A stretch of 64,000 bases of DNA from Tubulanus polymorphus (taxonomy: Eukaryota; Animalia; Nemertea), in the NCBI RefSeq assembly GCF_964204645.1, contig NC_134030.1, forward strand, positions 11,615,947-11,679,946. Reading direction: 5' to 3'. A program made the translations under genes and the position numbers. Shown in pieces: positions 25,796 to 38,199 of this stretch (position 1 is its first letter; each line of letters opens with the position of its first letter). A model generated the notes under the pieces. It worked only from the letters and a program-made list of their open reading frames with translations, was not told the origin of the DNA and made no database searches.

Positions 25796-26621
25796 TTCTT
25801 GATACACTGATCTAAAACGAAATAGTTATATTCAGAGATCATAATAAACCGTCAAAAAATATCAGAAATAAGATAACAAATTTTTGAGGAATGAATTAGT
25901 ATCGCCGAAAGCGAGCACCGAAGGCGAGAAGCTAGTTAAGGGGGTCTGGAAAAATTTTGAGAAATTTCGTAAATTTGGAGTGCTCTAGACGCACTCTGGG
26001 CATTAGAACTACACAAAATCAACGTTTAAATCACTTTAAACAGACAGCCATTTCCATTGTTTACCACCATTAACAGAGCTACCAGTTGGTTGCGCCATCT
26101 ATGTCACTTGTTTTTTCAGTTGGTTTCGAGTCAGTTGTTCTCATTTCACTGCAGTGGGATCAGTAGAACTCAGATATAGACCGTGTATCGATTTTCTGTG
26201 GATCACGTTGTTTTAGAATGCTATGTTGTACTATTTATAGCCGCAATAGGCTATTGTGCAATACACCCTGACCGGTCGTGCCAATCACAGCGCGTGTAAC
26301 AAATGACATTAGGCTTCTGTTGGAATTCCTGTTAAATTGACCAATCAGCGAATGTTTTACCGAACAAAGAAGTAATTCGCAAATCAATATACGACGTCAT
26401 GCGCAACCGCGCAAGTAATGAAATCAAGCATCGTGAAACCAGGGGGCTGGTGGAAGCCAGTTGGGGAGCGATACCAGACCCCTGGCAAGCGAGGACGTAC
26501 TGCCACCGGCTTTGTAAAACACTTTGATTTTGAAACAGGAAAAAGTACGGTCAAACCACAGGGACTCGACACAAGGATTTTGACCCCAGTATCCTAGGTA
26601 CTATATATAAAAAGTCTTTTT

Positions 26622-27045
26622 ATAGACGGACGCCGGGCGCCGCAGGCACCTGGAGGATGTCCCTTTGGTAAACGCGTATATGTGGATACTATGAAGTGCC
26701 TTCTTAACCGAATCTGACTAGCTGACAAAGTCAGAAAAAAATGACGTCACTGGACGTCCGGTTTGAATCTCATGGGGAAATTGGAAGTAGAATTACGTCA
26801 CGCTAAAATCCGGCAGCGAAATAACTAAAATCCGGCAACTTTTGGATCGGGTGATTTCAGAATTTATTCATTTTGTGATATTTAGAACAAGATTGGGTTG
26901 TTGAATAGTTTTACAATGAACCGCATTGATCGAACGAGTTGAAAATAGCTGAAATTCCTCTAGCAACGGGGGCAAATTCAAAATAACAAACATAGTGTCC
27001 ACATATACGCGTTAACCAAAGGGAGGTCCTGCGGGCGCCTGTCTA
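26622..27045. mobile_element. MITE-like element with ~55-bp TIRs
   Basis: tagac..ggcgcc..tccctttggtaaacgcgtatatgtggatactatg versus its reverse complement at 26991-27045; related sequence at 30527-31250, 23660-24115 and 35950-36090. Confidence 0.7.
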
Positions 27046-28837
27046 GTAATCTTCTCGTCTTCCTAGTTTCAAATGGAGCTAATTTCTAAATGAACAACCA
27101 GGTCAAAAGTCTTCAATCTTGCAAAAATACCGTACCGGTATCAGTTTCACCATGTCCATAGTACATTATGGTTTTACAAAGTTTAAACCATAAAAAATTC
27201 TTTATACATTTTATCTAAATCGAAATAGTAATCGTTTAGCAGACAGACCTAGGTTATATTTAATTATACAAGAAAGGTTTCAAGTTTATTTCTTTCAGAA
27301 AATTTAATTTCATTTGATCTGTTTCCTCATAATTTTTTAATCTTATGAGGGAGCCCAAATTTCAGAAATGAGTTACCTTAGAGTTACAGTTTTATCTTCT
27401 TTCCATCCACCCCTTAACTCGGTGGCATTAGTTTTCAATTTTCTATGTTTTAACTAAAAATTCATTTAATTTCCTCATTAATTTAATGCTTTGGGCCCAA
27501 GTCTACTTCAGTACGATTTCAATATGAAACAAAATTGAATTGGAGATATTTTCTTTCCAGTTTCATCGACAACATTGAATGTGTTCCTTACTAAAGTCAC
27601 CGACATGAAAAAAGTAATCAAGCATTTATCGTGGTGTCTGTCACTTAGATTTCATCCATTACATATTACATAGTACCTAATGTCTATTTCAACCTGACTT
27701 GGGTGGCATACAGGGTGGCCTAGCTCAGTCAGTTTTGGTAGTACATAGGACCTGATAAGGCCACACCAAAAAAATCCTGTTTCTCGGGCGGGGCAATCAC
27801 CAAAATGGGTAGGTCGGTAGGGAATTTTTTTTTCTTTTTATAGAAAAAAAAATTTCGGGTATTCTTCTGATTGTGGGTAGGTAAGGTCGCCGTAAATAAT
27901 TTTTTACGGGACCAAATTTCAAGTTAAAAATATGATTAGCAGCTAGATGACCACAATAATAAAGGGAAGTTGATGTTTTTGTATTATATTTCACACTTGG
28001 AAACTTTTTATAAAAAGAAAAACATCAAAATCTTGAATAGGCGTCTAATATATTGTTTACGGAATTCCTGGAATTTTACAATCCAAGGTCGCCATCAATA
28101 TCTGATAAGCAACGTTGTCTGAGCACACAAGTACCATATCTAGAAACAAGAAAATTAACTTTAATAAATTATTTGACGCCTGCGAAAAAATGTAGAATTT
28201 CTGGGATTAGCTTATGTGGAATTGCAAATTTGAAGTCGAAGTTATAAGAAATTTGGGGAATTATGAGATTTGGCGATTGGGTAGATGATACAGTCTTCGA
28301 CTGGTCTAATTTTTAAAAAAATTGTCAACTTGTGACCGACTTCGATTCACTTTTGCCTCTAAGCTGGTCTGCAACTTCATTGCCTCCATGGTTGAAGAAA
28401 GAGCTCTTCTGATGTCTGCTTCATCATGATTTCGAGCATATCGTGTAGCCAGCCGGCCCGGTCCCGGGGCCGGTTTGGCTGTCTCTCGATATCCTTTGAG
28501 TCTGGGATGAAGTAGACATTGTCATTTAAATAACTTATTCATGTTATTCTGTATGAATTACCCGTGTGTCTTGTATTTTGTATTTTCTTAGTTTAAAATT
28601 TGTAACTTTATTGAATTTGGGAATTTTATCCCGGAATTTCAATGTAATAAGGATCAATAAAGTATTGAATTGAATTGTCACCTTATACACATGCCATCAG
28701 TGGACGCGGAGCCGTATATGACAGCTATGCTATTATAAATTGCTAATCTCATGAAACCTGCATACCCCTATGAGGAGAGAATCCCACAATGATAATAAAG
28801 AGTCCGAAAATGAAACTTCGAGATAGTAGTTTATTTC

Positions 28838-28871
28838 AACGTTTCGACTATATCCTAATAGTCATCTTCAG
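28838..28871 (-). ncRNA. minimal hammerhead ribozyme core (mirror copy)
   Basis: Exact reverse complement of 29154-29187; sense to MRPL40 pre-mRNA. Confidence 0.75.
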
Positions 28872-29153
28872 GAATAATGAGATACTACAGAAATTATGAG
28901 ATATATATACAATCCAGAGACAAAGAGACTAATTCAAGTAATCAGAGATGATACAAACTAAAGGAAAATTAACGTAGAAACAGTTACACGCTAAAATAGA
29001 TTAAAGGGAAGCAAACTAAGGAGTAATTATAATCTATCTAACTGTTTCTACGTTAATTTTCCTTTAGTTTGTATCATCTCTGATTACTTGAATTAGTCTC
29101 TTTGTCTCTGGATTGTATATTTATCTCATAATTTCTGTAGTATCTCATTATTC

Positions 29154-29187
29154 CTGAAGATGACTATTAGGATATAGTCGAAACGTT
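29154..29187 (+). ncRNA. minimal hammerhead ribozyme core
   Basis: CTGAAGA-T-GACTAT-taggat-ATAGTC-GAAA-CGTT; short stem I ttattc/gaaataa. Confidence 0.75.
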
Positions 29188-30526
29188 GAAATAAACTACT
29201 ATCTCGAAGTTTCATTTTCGGACTCTTTATTATCATTGTGGGATTCTCTCCTCATCGCGTCAACACGGATATAGTGTTCTACCAATCGTGATCTGCATAC
29301 CCCTAATATCGAACATATTTTCTAAAACATTTGAATATTGAAATTATATGTTTACACGTTTTTATATGGACCGCTTGTAGGCGCCGATGAAATTCACGCC
29401 GGCCCTACTCAGATCGTAGATAGCTTCGTCATTCCACTAGCATCCCCATGACAGGGTCTGACTTTTATATCAGACTTGCAAATCGTGTATACATCCGCCA
29501 TTTAACCGAATAATCCGATTTACTTATCATTTCTGTTTATGCCTGCCGCTCCTGATATAATCATACATCCTTTACTATTACAATACGTCTTCTCATGATA
29601 TTCAATGCAATATAACATTCCGACGTTCAAATAGAGGTCATTATATAATCACAGGGAGCCATTCTACATCTTTATCAATAATATTTTGCCAAATAGCTTG
29701 TATGTGTACACATAAACCTGTGACGTTTTGCACATCGATTTACGGTTGTCATTTGTTAAATGACGCTGAATGGTTAGCATTGTTTAGGTTTCATAATGGT
29801 AACGTTTTATAAGGCGTCAAAAAAATTGTTAAATCCGATGTATTAAAATAGGCTATTTTTATCATGTCGTCTCGGTGCCGACATCACGATTTCCCGAAAA
29901 AGAAAAATATTTACGTGAATGGAGAGCTTTGTAGTCGGTCGGCCACATAGGCCCCTATAGGCCTATATTTTTGAAAATAGTTATTTCATCCACAATTTTG
30001 AGAGTCGGTAGGCAATTTTATTCTATTTCGAAAATAATCATTTGAAATGACGAAATATCGGGTCGGTCGGGCCCGAGAAACAGGGTTTTCTTTTGGTGTG
30101 GCCTAATAATAGGCCTAGTCTTATTTAGGACCAGAAGAATGCATTGGCAGTCGACCTAAACTAAATCTAAATGTTATGTCATGATCATTGAACTCATAAA
30201 ATTAACATCATTTGTCGGAAAGGTAATTAAAGCGATTAAATTATCCTCTACTACTGTTGTTTACTGGGGGTAAAAAAAACCTTTTAATTTTTGTGTCAAG
30301 GACAAGTCGGACCCTGTGGGTCAAACGTGCAATAGTCATAGAACTGCGGTTTTCGAACCATAGTATTCATGAATTGTGTCGTTTCCCAGTGGAGCGGCTC
30401 GCTTAGTAAAAGTGCAAATCTGCACCTCTCCGCGTAAACGGTTCAATCAATTACATTAAATATCATTGTTTTAGATTCAAAATGTCATCAGCAATTCATA
30501 CATTGCCATTATTGGTTAATTTTAAT

Positions 30527-32170
30527 AGACAGGCGCCGAAGGCGCCCGGAGGACGTCCCTTTGGTAAACGCGTATATGTGGATACTACGAAGTGTCTTAT
30601 TAACCGATTCTGACTAGCTGACAAAGTCAGAAAAAAATGACGTCACTTGACGTCCGGTTTGAAGTTCATGGGGAAATCGGAAGTAGAATTACGTCACGCT
30701 AAAATCCGGCAGCCCATTAACTAAAATAAGGCAATTTATGGATCGGGTTATTTCAGAATTTATTTATTTCATGAAATTTCGAACAAGATTGGGTTGATGA
30801 ATAGTTTAACAATAAACCGCGTTGATCGAACGAGTTCGAAAATAGCTGAAATCCCCTTAGCAACGGGAGCGAATTCATCATAATAAACAAACCACGCGCC
30901 GGCGCCCGGTTCAGCCATCGCAGGTTCGAATCCCGGAGAATTACGCTCTCGTGCGCGCGTGCGACAGTCAACCCCAGCCGCAGCGCTGAAATATGTAATA
31001 ATTTATCAAATTTAAGGACCCTAAAACTGCGATGAGTCGCGTTGCCGTACGATTTGCTTAAAATTTCACGGCAGCGCGTCGGCCCGAGGATGGATCGGCA
31101 CGGTCTCGCTCCGAGGAGCAGCGACATCGCGGTCGGCAAAAACATTAGTCTCCGCCCATTCTTTCACCAAATAAGGAATTCGCTACCGCTGGCCACGTGC
31201 ACTATTAATTTTGAGCCGTAGATCGTAGATTCCCGGTACTCGACATTCCCCCGAGAATAAAAAAATAAAGACAAATAAATATTTACGCGAGAGAAATCAA
31301 TTTTTGTATTGACATTTGAATTTTACTGAATTTTGATGATTTATTCGATTTTTTTTCTGGCAGAAAAAAATTATGCAATCGATGCGTTTCAACGTGTCTT
31401 TCATTTTTTCGTGCCTTCCTTTACTTTTCAAATGGAGCTAATCTCTCAATTAACACCAGGTCAAATTCTTCAATCTCGCAAACCGTCTCAGTTTCACCAT
31501 AATGTCGGTTTTTACATTTCGGGTTTTACAAAGTGGTTTATAAACCATTGAAAAATTCCTGATACAAATCGAAATAGTAATCTTTTTAGCAGTGGTAAAC
31601 CGACCTACCCCGGGTAGCCAAAGACCAGTTTATATTTAGTTAAGAAATGGGTCAAGTTATTTTCATAGAAAATTGAATTTCATTAGATCTACAGATGAAA
31701 TGAACAGGTTCGTCATAATTTTCCTAATCAAAATATTAGCCAAAATTTTTAATAACCAGAAATTAATCGAACCTTAAAGTTGAAGTTTCATCTTTCTTTC
31801 CCCCACCACTTAACTATATGGCATTAGTTTTCATTTTTCCAAGCTTAACAATAAGAATTGATTTAATTTCTTCAATAATTTAATGCTCGGGGCCCAAATC
31901 TACAGAACAATTTCAACTTCGAAATAAAATTGATAGACATTAAGAGTTAGTGAGAGTTTCTTTCCAGTTTCATTGACAACAATTAATTTTCTCGCTGTTC
32001 CTTTAGTCACTGACACTATTTTGAGTGTTTTTGTTACACTCCATACGTGAACAAGGTTGTTTTCGAATCGTTATGATTTCTTAATCTTAGTCGTAAAAAT
32101 TAAATCAAGCTGCAGTGACGAAGCGTCCGTCACTTAGATTTCATCTATTACATTAACATATTATATCTTC
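30527..32170 (+). repeat. locally duplicated block
   Basis: 30527-30890 matches 26622-26990; 30745-31250 matches 23660-24115; 31420-32170 matches 27060-27680 and partly 24910-25060. Confidence 0.78.
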
Positions 32171-33180
32171 ACTTAGTTAGTTACCTAATCGTTGGTGGTA
32201 AGCTTTTTATAGTCGGATGGGCTTATACCAACGTTAGGGATGACAAGGACCAAAACACGGTTGAAAAAAGTAACACTTCAAAAATATACTTTCTATTCAC
32301 TTCAGTCCACAATTAATGGCTTAATTCACAAACTAACACAGGTACCTTTCGAAATAATCCAATTTTATGTATGTTTCGAGTGATTAATCAACATTATTTT
32401 GAGAAATTAATTAATTTCTCCACAAATTTCGCCATTGGCCGCCATTTCTCTGTATTGCACATGTGGCATGATGAGACAAGGGGACCTACAAGGATTTATA
32501 TAAAACTTCCAAGACGAAACGACAATTTTTATTTTTGATGGTTTTCAAACTTATATTTCAAATCTTCGTGTTTTCCATAACAAATAATGAAATAATAAAT
32601 TTCTGGTTAAAGAAAAATGTGAATAAGTGTTGATTTCTTAATTTTTTTAATTTCGTCGTTTCGCTTCGTTAGTTTGTGCTGTTGTCCTGGCCTCAGTCCA
32701 CAGATGCCAGCACCTCCAGTAATTTTCAAAATGGCAGCTGTTGACTGGACGGAAATTTACTCTCACTTTACGGCCGATTTGCACATGGATTAAGATCGTC
32801 AGGTGAGGTGTTATAGGTATCAGACAAACTACGAAACTGTTGTGCATCGATTACAACAAAAATTAGACGGATATCTTAAGAGACAATGAAATGCCAGGCA
32901 AATTACTCGTCAGTCAAATTGGCTGACGAAGATTTCATACAAAAATGACCTTCCCATTCCTGACTGTGGTTTGTGAAAATATCCGATTGTGAAACTAAAC
33001 CACAGACAGGTTACTGACTAATCTTCACTAGAAAGATTTGGATACTGTCATTCACTGATTCAGTAGATTGCGTCAATCACGAGAGGTGCGGATCTGCACT
33101 TTTACCGCTCGCTTCAATTACCTTTCCGATAAATTATGTTAATTTTATGAGTTCATGTCAAATGGTTCACTAAATTTTAC

Positions 33181-33221
33181 CTGGATAGAGAAGCTGCCAG
33201 GAGATTCATGGAGGCGGCCAT
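33181..33221 (-). CDS. MRPL40: mL40 probable first coding exon
   Basis: caagATGGCCGCC (YY1-like motif over the ATG); MAASMNLLAASLS-AG|gtaaaa, phase 2 joins exon 2 in frame; implies a 10.2 kb intron 1. Confidence 0.75.
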
Positions 33222-33490
33222 CTTGTGTAAGCCTATGCGCTTTCGAATCCCGGGAAAAACGATTTTTATTTATTTTCTACGATACATTTCAGGTATTATA
33301 TAACAGGGACCTAAGATACAAAGGTATTCCAAAATAGAAGTTTCTTTGTTTTAAGGCATTTAAGAGGAGGCCTAGGTAACACTAGCCTATTTCCCGAATT
33401 ATTGACAACGATGCATGCGCCATCTAACGGATAAACAGATCGTGAATATAGAATTCTGATGATGCGACGGCGGCATGTTACGATGGATAG
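33222..33490. promoter_or_regulatory. putative bidirectional promoter plus + strand first exon (MRPL40 / MTERF4)
   Basis: MRPL40 ATG at 33221 (-); strong + strand donor AG|gtaaga at 33490/33491; CTCF-like TGCGCCATCTAACGG at 33416-33430; the MTERF4 CDS is preceded by an acceptor that needs an upstream exon. Confidence 0.5.
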
Positions 33491-34056
33491 GTAAGATGTT
33501 TAACACTCGATGAAAGGATAGGCTGACGAAGTACTTGTGATTGGTGTAAATGAGTTTTATGTGTTTCAGTCAAACTATTTCAACTGGCATGGCGAGTGCA
33601 CACGTGCGCGTTAATTAAATTCAAATTCAAATATTATTTAACAGGCGAGGCATTCATCATCATGTCATTGTCAACGTCCACACGGGGCTTGGCTTTTACT
33701 TCCCTTCCGGGTAGTTGAATATCTCGCGAGAATGGCGCTCAATTTAAACCGCAAATAAATTGAATACTTTGTCGTCGTTATAGATAGGTATTCATGGGGG
33801 GGGGGGTTGGTAGGCTAGTTCGAATGAACTCCCTTTTTTGGATTTTTGATCAAACTTTTGCAGCATGATGGTGGTCTGCATTTGCTTAAATTAGCAAAAT
33901 AAAATCGATACCTTCTTCATGCAAAGTAAGCAGTAACCAGTCTACCTATCGGCCTCAGGTTGCACCAGAACGCGCCTGCTTGCATGAAATTTTCAAAAGT
34001 TTTCTGGGGGACGCTCATGGGTATTGACATTGATGAAAGTGCATGGATTGCCAAGA

Positions 34057-34571
34057 TAGGCCTACTGTCTGTCACACCTACTCTCTGTGCGACGTTTTGG
34101 TCCTTAATTTCGTTAATAATCGGTTTATCTACATTTATTACGCATCAATTTGTTCAGTGAGGAATTTGCATTCAGAAATAAACAACAATTTTCACTAAAG
34201 TGGTTTTTGTTTTCATTTATGAGCGATAGTTTACTCAGCATACGCTCGCGTAATGCTAAAAATCAGCTCCGGGGACGCTCGGAAACGTTACATTGACGTT
34301 ATCACCTGCTCATTAGCATATCAAAATACAGTAGGTGGCGCCACGTGACGGGCCATAAAAGCCGTTTTTCAGCATTACGCAAGCGTATGCTGGGTGAACT
34401 ATCGCTGATAGATGAAAACAGAAACAAATTTATGCCAGTTCATGATTTATTTCTGAATGCAAATTCCTTACTGAACAAATTGATGCATAATATTTACAGA
34501 TCAACCGATTGTTAACGAAATTACGGATCAAAACGTTGCACGAAGAGCAGGTGTGACAGACAGTAGGCCTA
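34057..34571. mobile_element. foldback MITE with ~200-bp imperfect arms
   Basis: taggcctactgtctgtcacacc... / ...ggtgtgacagacagtaggccta; degenerate relative at 48680-48860. Confidence 0.8.
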
Positions 34572-35034
34572 CATGTCACGATTTAAGCCGCAGAAGGTCA
34601 TCGCGGAACAAATTGTGGTGACACAGTCGGTCATATGTGATTTGGCACACCAATCGCCACATCATAATCGCCACAATTAGGCCTATTGAAATTTCGAATA
34701 GGCCTATTGAAATTTGCCACAATTGATATTCGTCCCAATCAGATAACGAGAGAAATTCCACTACAAATTCAGCCAAAAATGAAGGAAGTGGATGTTTTGC
34801 CAATTCGGCATTATATTAGTAAACGCTATTTTGCCAATGGCTATATATAGTAAGACATAGCAGCGGTAATAAAATATAACAATGAAATCATTATATTGGG
34901 TTTAGCGTTAGGGTTTAGATAGGGTTAGGGTCCAGAGGATTAGGATTAGGGGGGTGAGATTTAGGGATTGTTTCACCCTAGAGTTAGGGTAAGGTGAGGC
35001 TATATGTAGTAAAAACTTGCGGTTGGATTGCTGT

Positions 35035-35095
35035 GAGCCCGGTGGTCTAGTGGAAAGACGTTTGACAAGCAATAGGCTGGTCCCGGTTCGAAATT
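35035..35095 (+). pseudogene. tRNA-derived SINE head or tRNA pseudogene
   Basis: A box TGGTCTAGTGG (35043-35053), B box GGTTCGAAA (35085-35093); no complete cloverleaf. Confidence 0.45.
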
Positions 35096-35295
35096 GTTAG
35101 ATCCTCGAGTTGTCCTGGATATTTTACAAATTACAGGATGTTCATCTTCATCAAATTCTAATAGGATATTGTTAACAGGCATGTTAATATGACCACGCAC
35201 AACAACCTTTGGGCTTACCATCTAATGACCTATCTGCAATCTATGTGTTTCGCGTACTAAATATGGCATTTTATCATCAATGGTCCTTATATTCA

Positions 35296-35463
35296 TGCAT
35301 TATGTGCCCAAACTTTGTCATCTTCATCATTTAAGAAATGCCTGGATCTTCGTCCGTCCATCAGGAGTTGCTGAAGACATGCATTATGTGCCCAAATTTT
35401 GTCATCTTCATCATTTAAGAAATGCCTGGATCTATGTCCATCCATCAGGAGTTGCTGAAGACA
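35296..35463. repeat. 84-bp tandem duplication
   Basis: atgcattatgtgcccaaa...gttgctgaagac twice. Confidence 0.9.
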
Positions 35464-37554
35464 AAGCCACTGCTGATGCTTTGTTGCAATAACTAGAGCA
35501 ATATTCTTGAAATTGTTCCATTTCATTTTTTGAAAAACCATGCTTTCTTTCAAAGCGCATACACCGATGTGTGCGCAGAGGACCAATTTTTGCATCTGAT
35601 GAACCAAATGTACCACATGTGATTTTGGGAGTATAGCTCTCATCCGGATTAATCTCTGCAAACTTTCTGTTGTTTACTGCAACTAATTTATAAATGCAAT
35701 CGTTTCATCAGGTATAATAGCCGATAAACTCAGAATAGTTTATCTTTTGAAGACGTATCCAGTTATTCCAATACTCATCTATATCATCTAGTATCCCTCT
35801 CTGCAACGTTTTGTTGTGTACGGTCCGGTTGATCTACGTATTATGCATCTGAGGATTTTGCATTCAAAAAAATTGTTCCGTTTTTGGTTTTCATTATTAG
35901 CAGCAATAGGGCCTAACAGTTCATGGGAGAAAAACCGCAGTCAGTCGAGATTATTATTTAGAAATAGATTGGGTCGTCCAATAGTTTTACGATTGATCAT
36001 GTTGATCAAACGATTTGAAAATAGAAATTCGCTTAGCAACAGGAACAAATATATAAAACAAACATGCTGGTTTGAATCCTGGAGAATTACAGTGCATGTA
36101 CTATGTTTCAGCGATGTCACCCGTAACTACTCAAATCCTCGATTGACAGTGATTATAAAAGGAAGGAACTATAACGCTTTCTTTTGGTCCGGAGCAGAGA
36201 ACTGTAATGATTTTATTTTTAGGTCACGTGGTTCCTAAAAGAGTCACACAGAGTTCAGTACTGATGCAGTGAGGAGAGTAGGGGGAAAACAATGTGTGTA
36301 CTTTTTGCCAGAACATACTAAAATACGTTTATTTTATCAAACTTCATATCATTCCATCCATTAACTGTGATGAGTGTCCGAGATTCGAGCGAAAACTGAA
36401 TAAAAAACAACGGGTCGCCAAACTCTGAATAAGAAACCAATGGGTCGCAAAACTGTGTGGAAAAAATTTGTTATGCCATACTCGTGTGCAAAATTCATTT
36501 TATTGAAAAGAAAACAAGAAAAAATGTATCAATAATGGACCCAATTTTGGTCAGTGTGAACTTTTAATGAAACTGACTTCTAATGAGAATGAAATCTTCG
36601 AAAGATTGATGATGGGAATTTTAGACTCAACGAATGTTCATAATTTCAATAAAGGAATGACATAAAACACGGTACAAACTTGCTGAGAGCCAGGATCTCA
36701 TCGGAGCACTTTCATTATCATATACAGACAATAATAAAACCAATCAGGACAGTGGAAGTGGTTAACAAACTAATTGGCCTACAGATAATCAGGCTCCAAA
36801 ATGGATGGGTAATACGAATGTATATAAAATGACAGGCCTACAGGTAATCAGGCTCCAAAACAGATCGGTAATGCGAATGTATATGAAATGACGCAAATTA
36901 ATGATGATAAAACAAGTATTCCAGTTGTATTAACATCATACTATCACTAACAATTCAATGCTTTTTTGAAACCCTTTTGCCAGATATCTTGATGCAACGT
37001 TACCTTACGCCGCGAGAAGCACAAACATCCCGGTCGACAGAGATATTGGTTACTGCCCTGTTGTGCCAAATAAGGATCTTGGTACTATTAGCCACATTCG
37101 CTCCCAACGTGCATCGCAAATTTTGAGTGATATTGATGCCAATAAATACAAAACTGCCCCAGATATCCGACAGGAAATCAAATTAACTCGATCAAATAGA
37201 AAAACAAACTGTTTTCAACAGCAAAGGATTTCTATTATTAAAATCATTAATTGCTGAATATAAACTATTCATTATCAAAATTATTCATTTTTAGTCATTC
37301 TCACAAAAAAACTTTATCATGATTCATCATTTGCTTTGTCGAACCCTAAGAAAAATAAGACAATTTAAAATGATAGTAATTTTTATGAGCATATATTCCT
37401 ACAAGTCATGCATTCAAGTGTAATTCCATCTCAAATTCCTAGAAAGCCGAATTTTGAAAAAGGGCCTTGTTGAAATTTACTGGAGATTTTTCATGAAAAT
37501 CTAAATGCTAAAATATCAGTTATGTTAAAGCCAATCAGAAAGCAGTCTCCTCTA

Positions 37555-37820
37555 CAGGGGCGGATCCAGGGGGTTTTCTGAGGGTTCTGGAATACCATCC
37601 AACTCTGTCTGTACCCCTTGGAGATGCCCCTAAATCCATAGATTTGACGTAAAAGTGCCCTCATTTAGCATGATGTGGCGTAGTTAGTGCTGCTGAAAAA
37701 CAAATTTGGTGTTAAGTACCCTTTTTTGTTGTGATGCGTGATTTGTCTCCTCCCCCAAAATAGTGAGTGCCCTTATACAATTCGGAACCTTCTCGAGATA
37801 GGGCCCTAGATCCACCCCTG
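37555..37820. mobile_element. hAT-type MITE with 5-bp TSD
   Basis: CAGGGGCGGATCCAG / CTAGATCCACCCCTG; CTCTA on both sides; empty site in a paralogous repeat near 44505. Confidence 0.82.
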
Positions 37821-38199
37821 CTCTATGATTGGCTTAGATGCAGAAATCAGCAGGTGCACCTGTGGTATCGTCTACCGTTTTACTTCCGGGTGAGAATTCT
37901 ATTCAAAGATAGATTTCTGTGAAATCTTGAGTTGATTTATTGGGAGAAATTTTTATTTGGACTTCAAAAAAATTCACCCTTGACAATTAATTGCTCAAGG
38001 TTCGGGAAATGACTTTAAAAACTTCATCAAATGGGATGGATGACCTTGATATGTTAATTAGCCATGTGCTTGAATTGCAAAAATCAATCAAATCATATTT
38101 TACTAAAACATCAAATCCAATGCAATATTATTGCATTGACCAAAATAGCAGCTAATCCAATTCAATGCCTAAGCTATGCACCCTATCTAATGATTAGAC

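Larger units (their letters stand above)
28771..29292. mobile_element. Penelope-like element insertion with inverted pseudo-LTRs
   Basis: 216-bp arms 28771-28986 and 29039-29254 (one mismatch seen), 52-bp loop, 13-bp TSD CTGCATACCCCTA; same family as 61140-61345. Confidence 0.88.
27759..30103. mobile_element. non-autonomous TIR transposon (PIF/Harbinger-like) containing nested insertions
   Basis: ~31-bp TIRs GGCCACACCAAAA..CCTGTTTCTCGGGC; TAA on both flanks (27756-27758, 30104-30106). Confidence 0.75.

Noticed and set aside
30753-31145. 130-aa ORF
   Set aside because: Lies in a GC-richer repeat; the paralogous copy at 23660-24115 has indels; no recognisable domain
32401-32446. ATGGCGGCC on the minus strand as an alternative MRPL40 start
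   Set aside because: Hits a stop after 12 codons with no suitable donor; 33221 fits phase and targeting-peptide character
34898-34992. Degenerate TTAGGG repeats (also 58230-58320)
   Set aside because: Short, degenerate and interstitial; typical of MITE-internal repeats, not a telomere
35293-35800. 122-aa ORF / possible SWIM-finger remnant
   Set aside because: Length inflated by an 84-bp duplication; motifs too degraded to classify beyond probable TE debris
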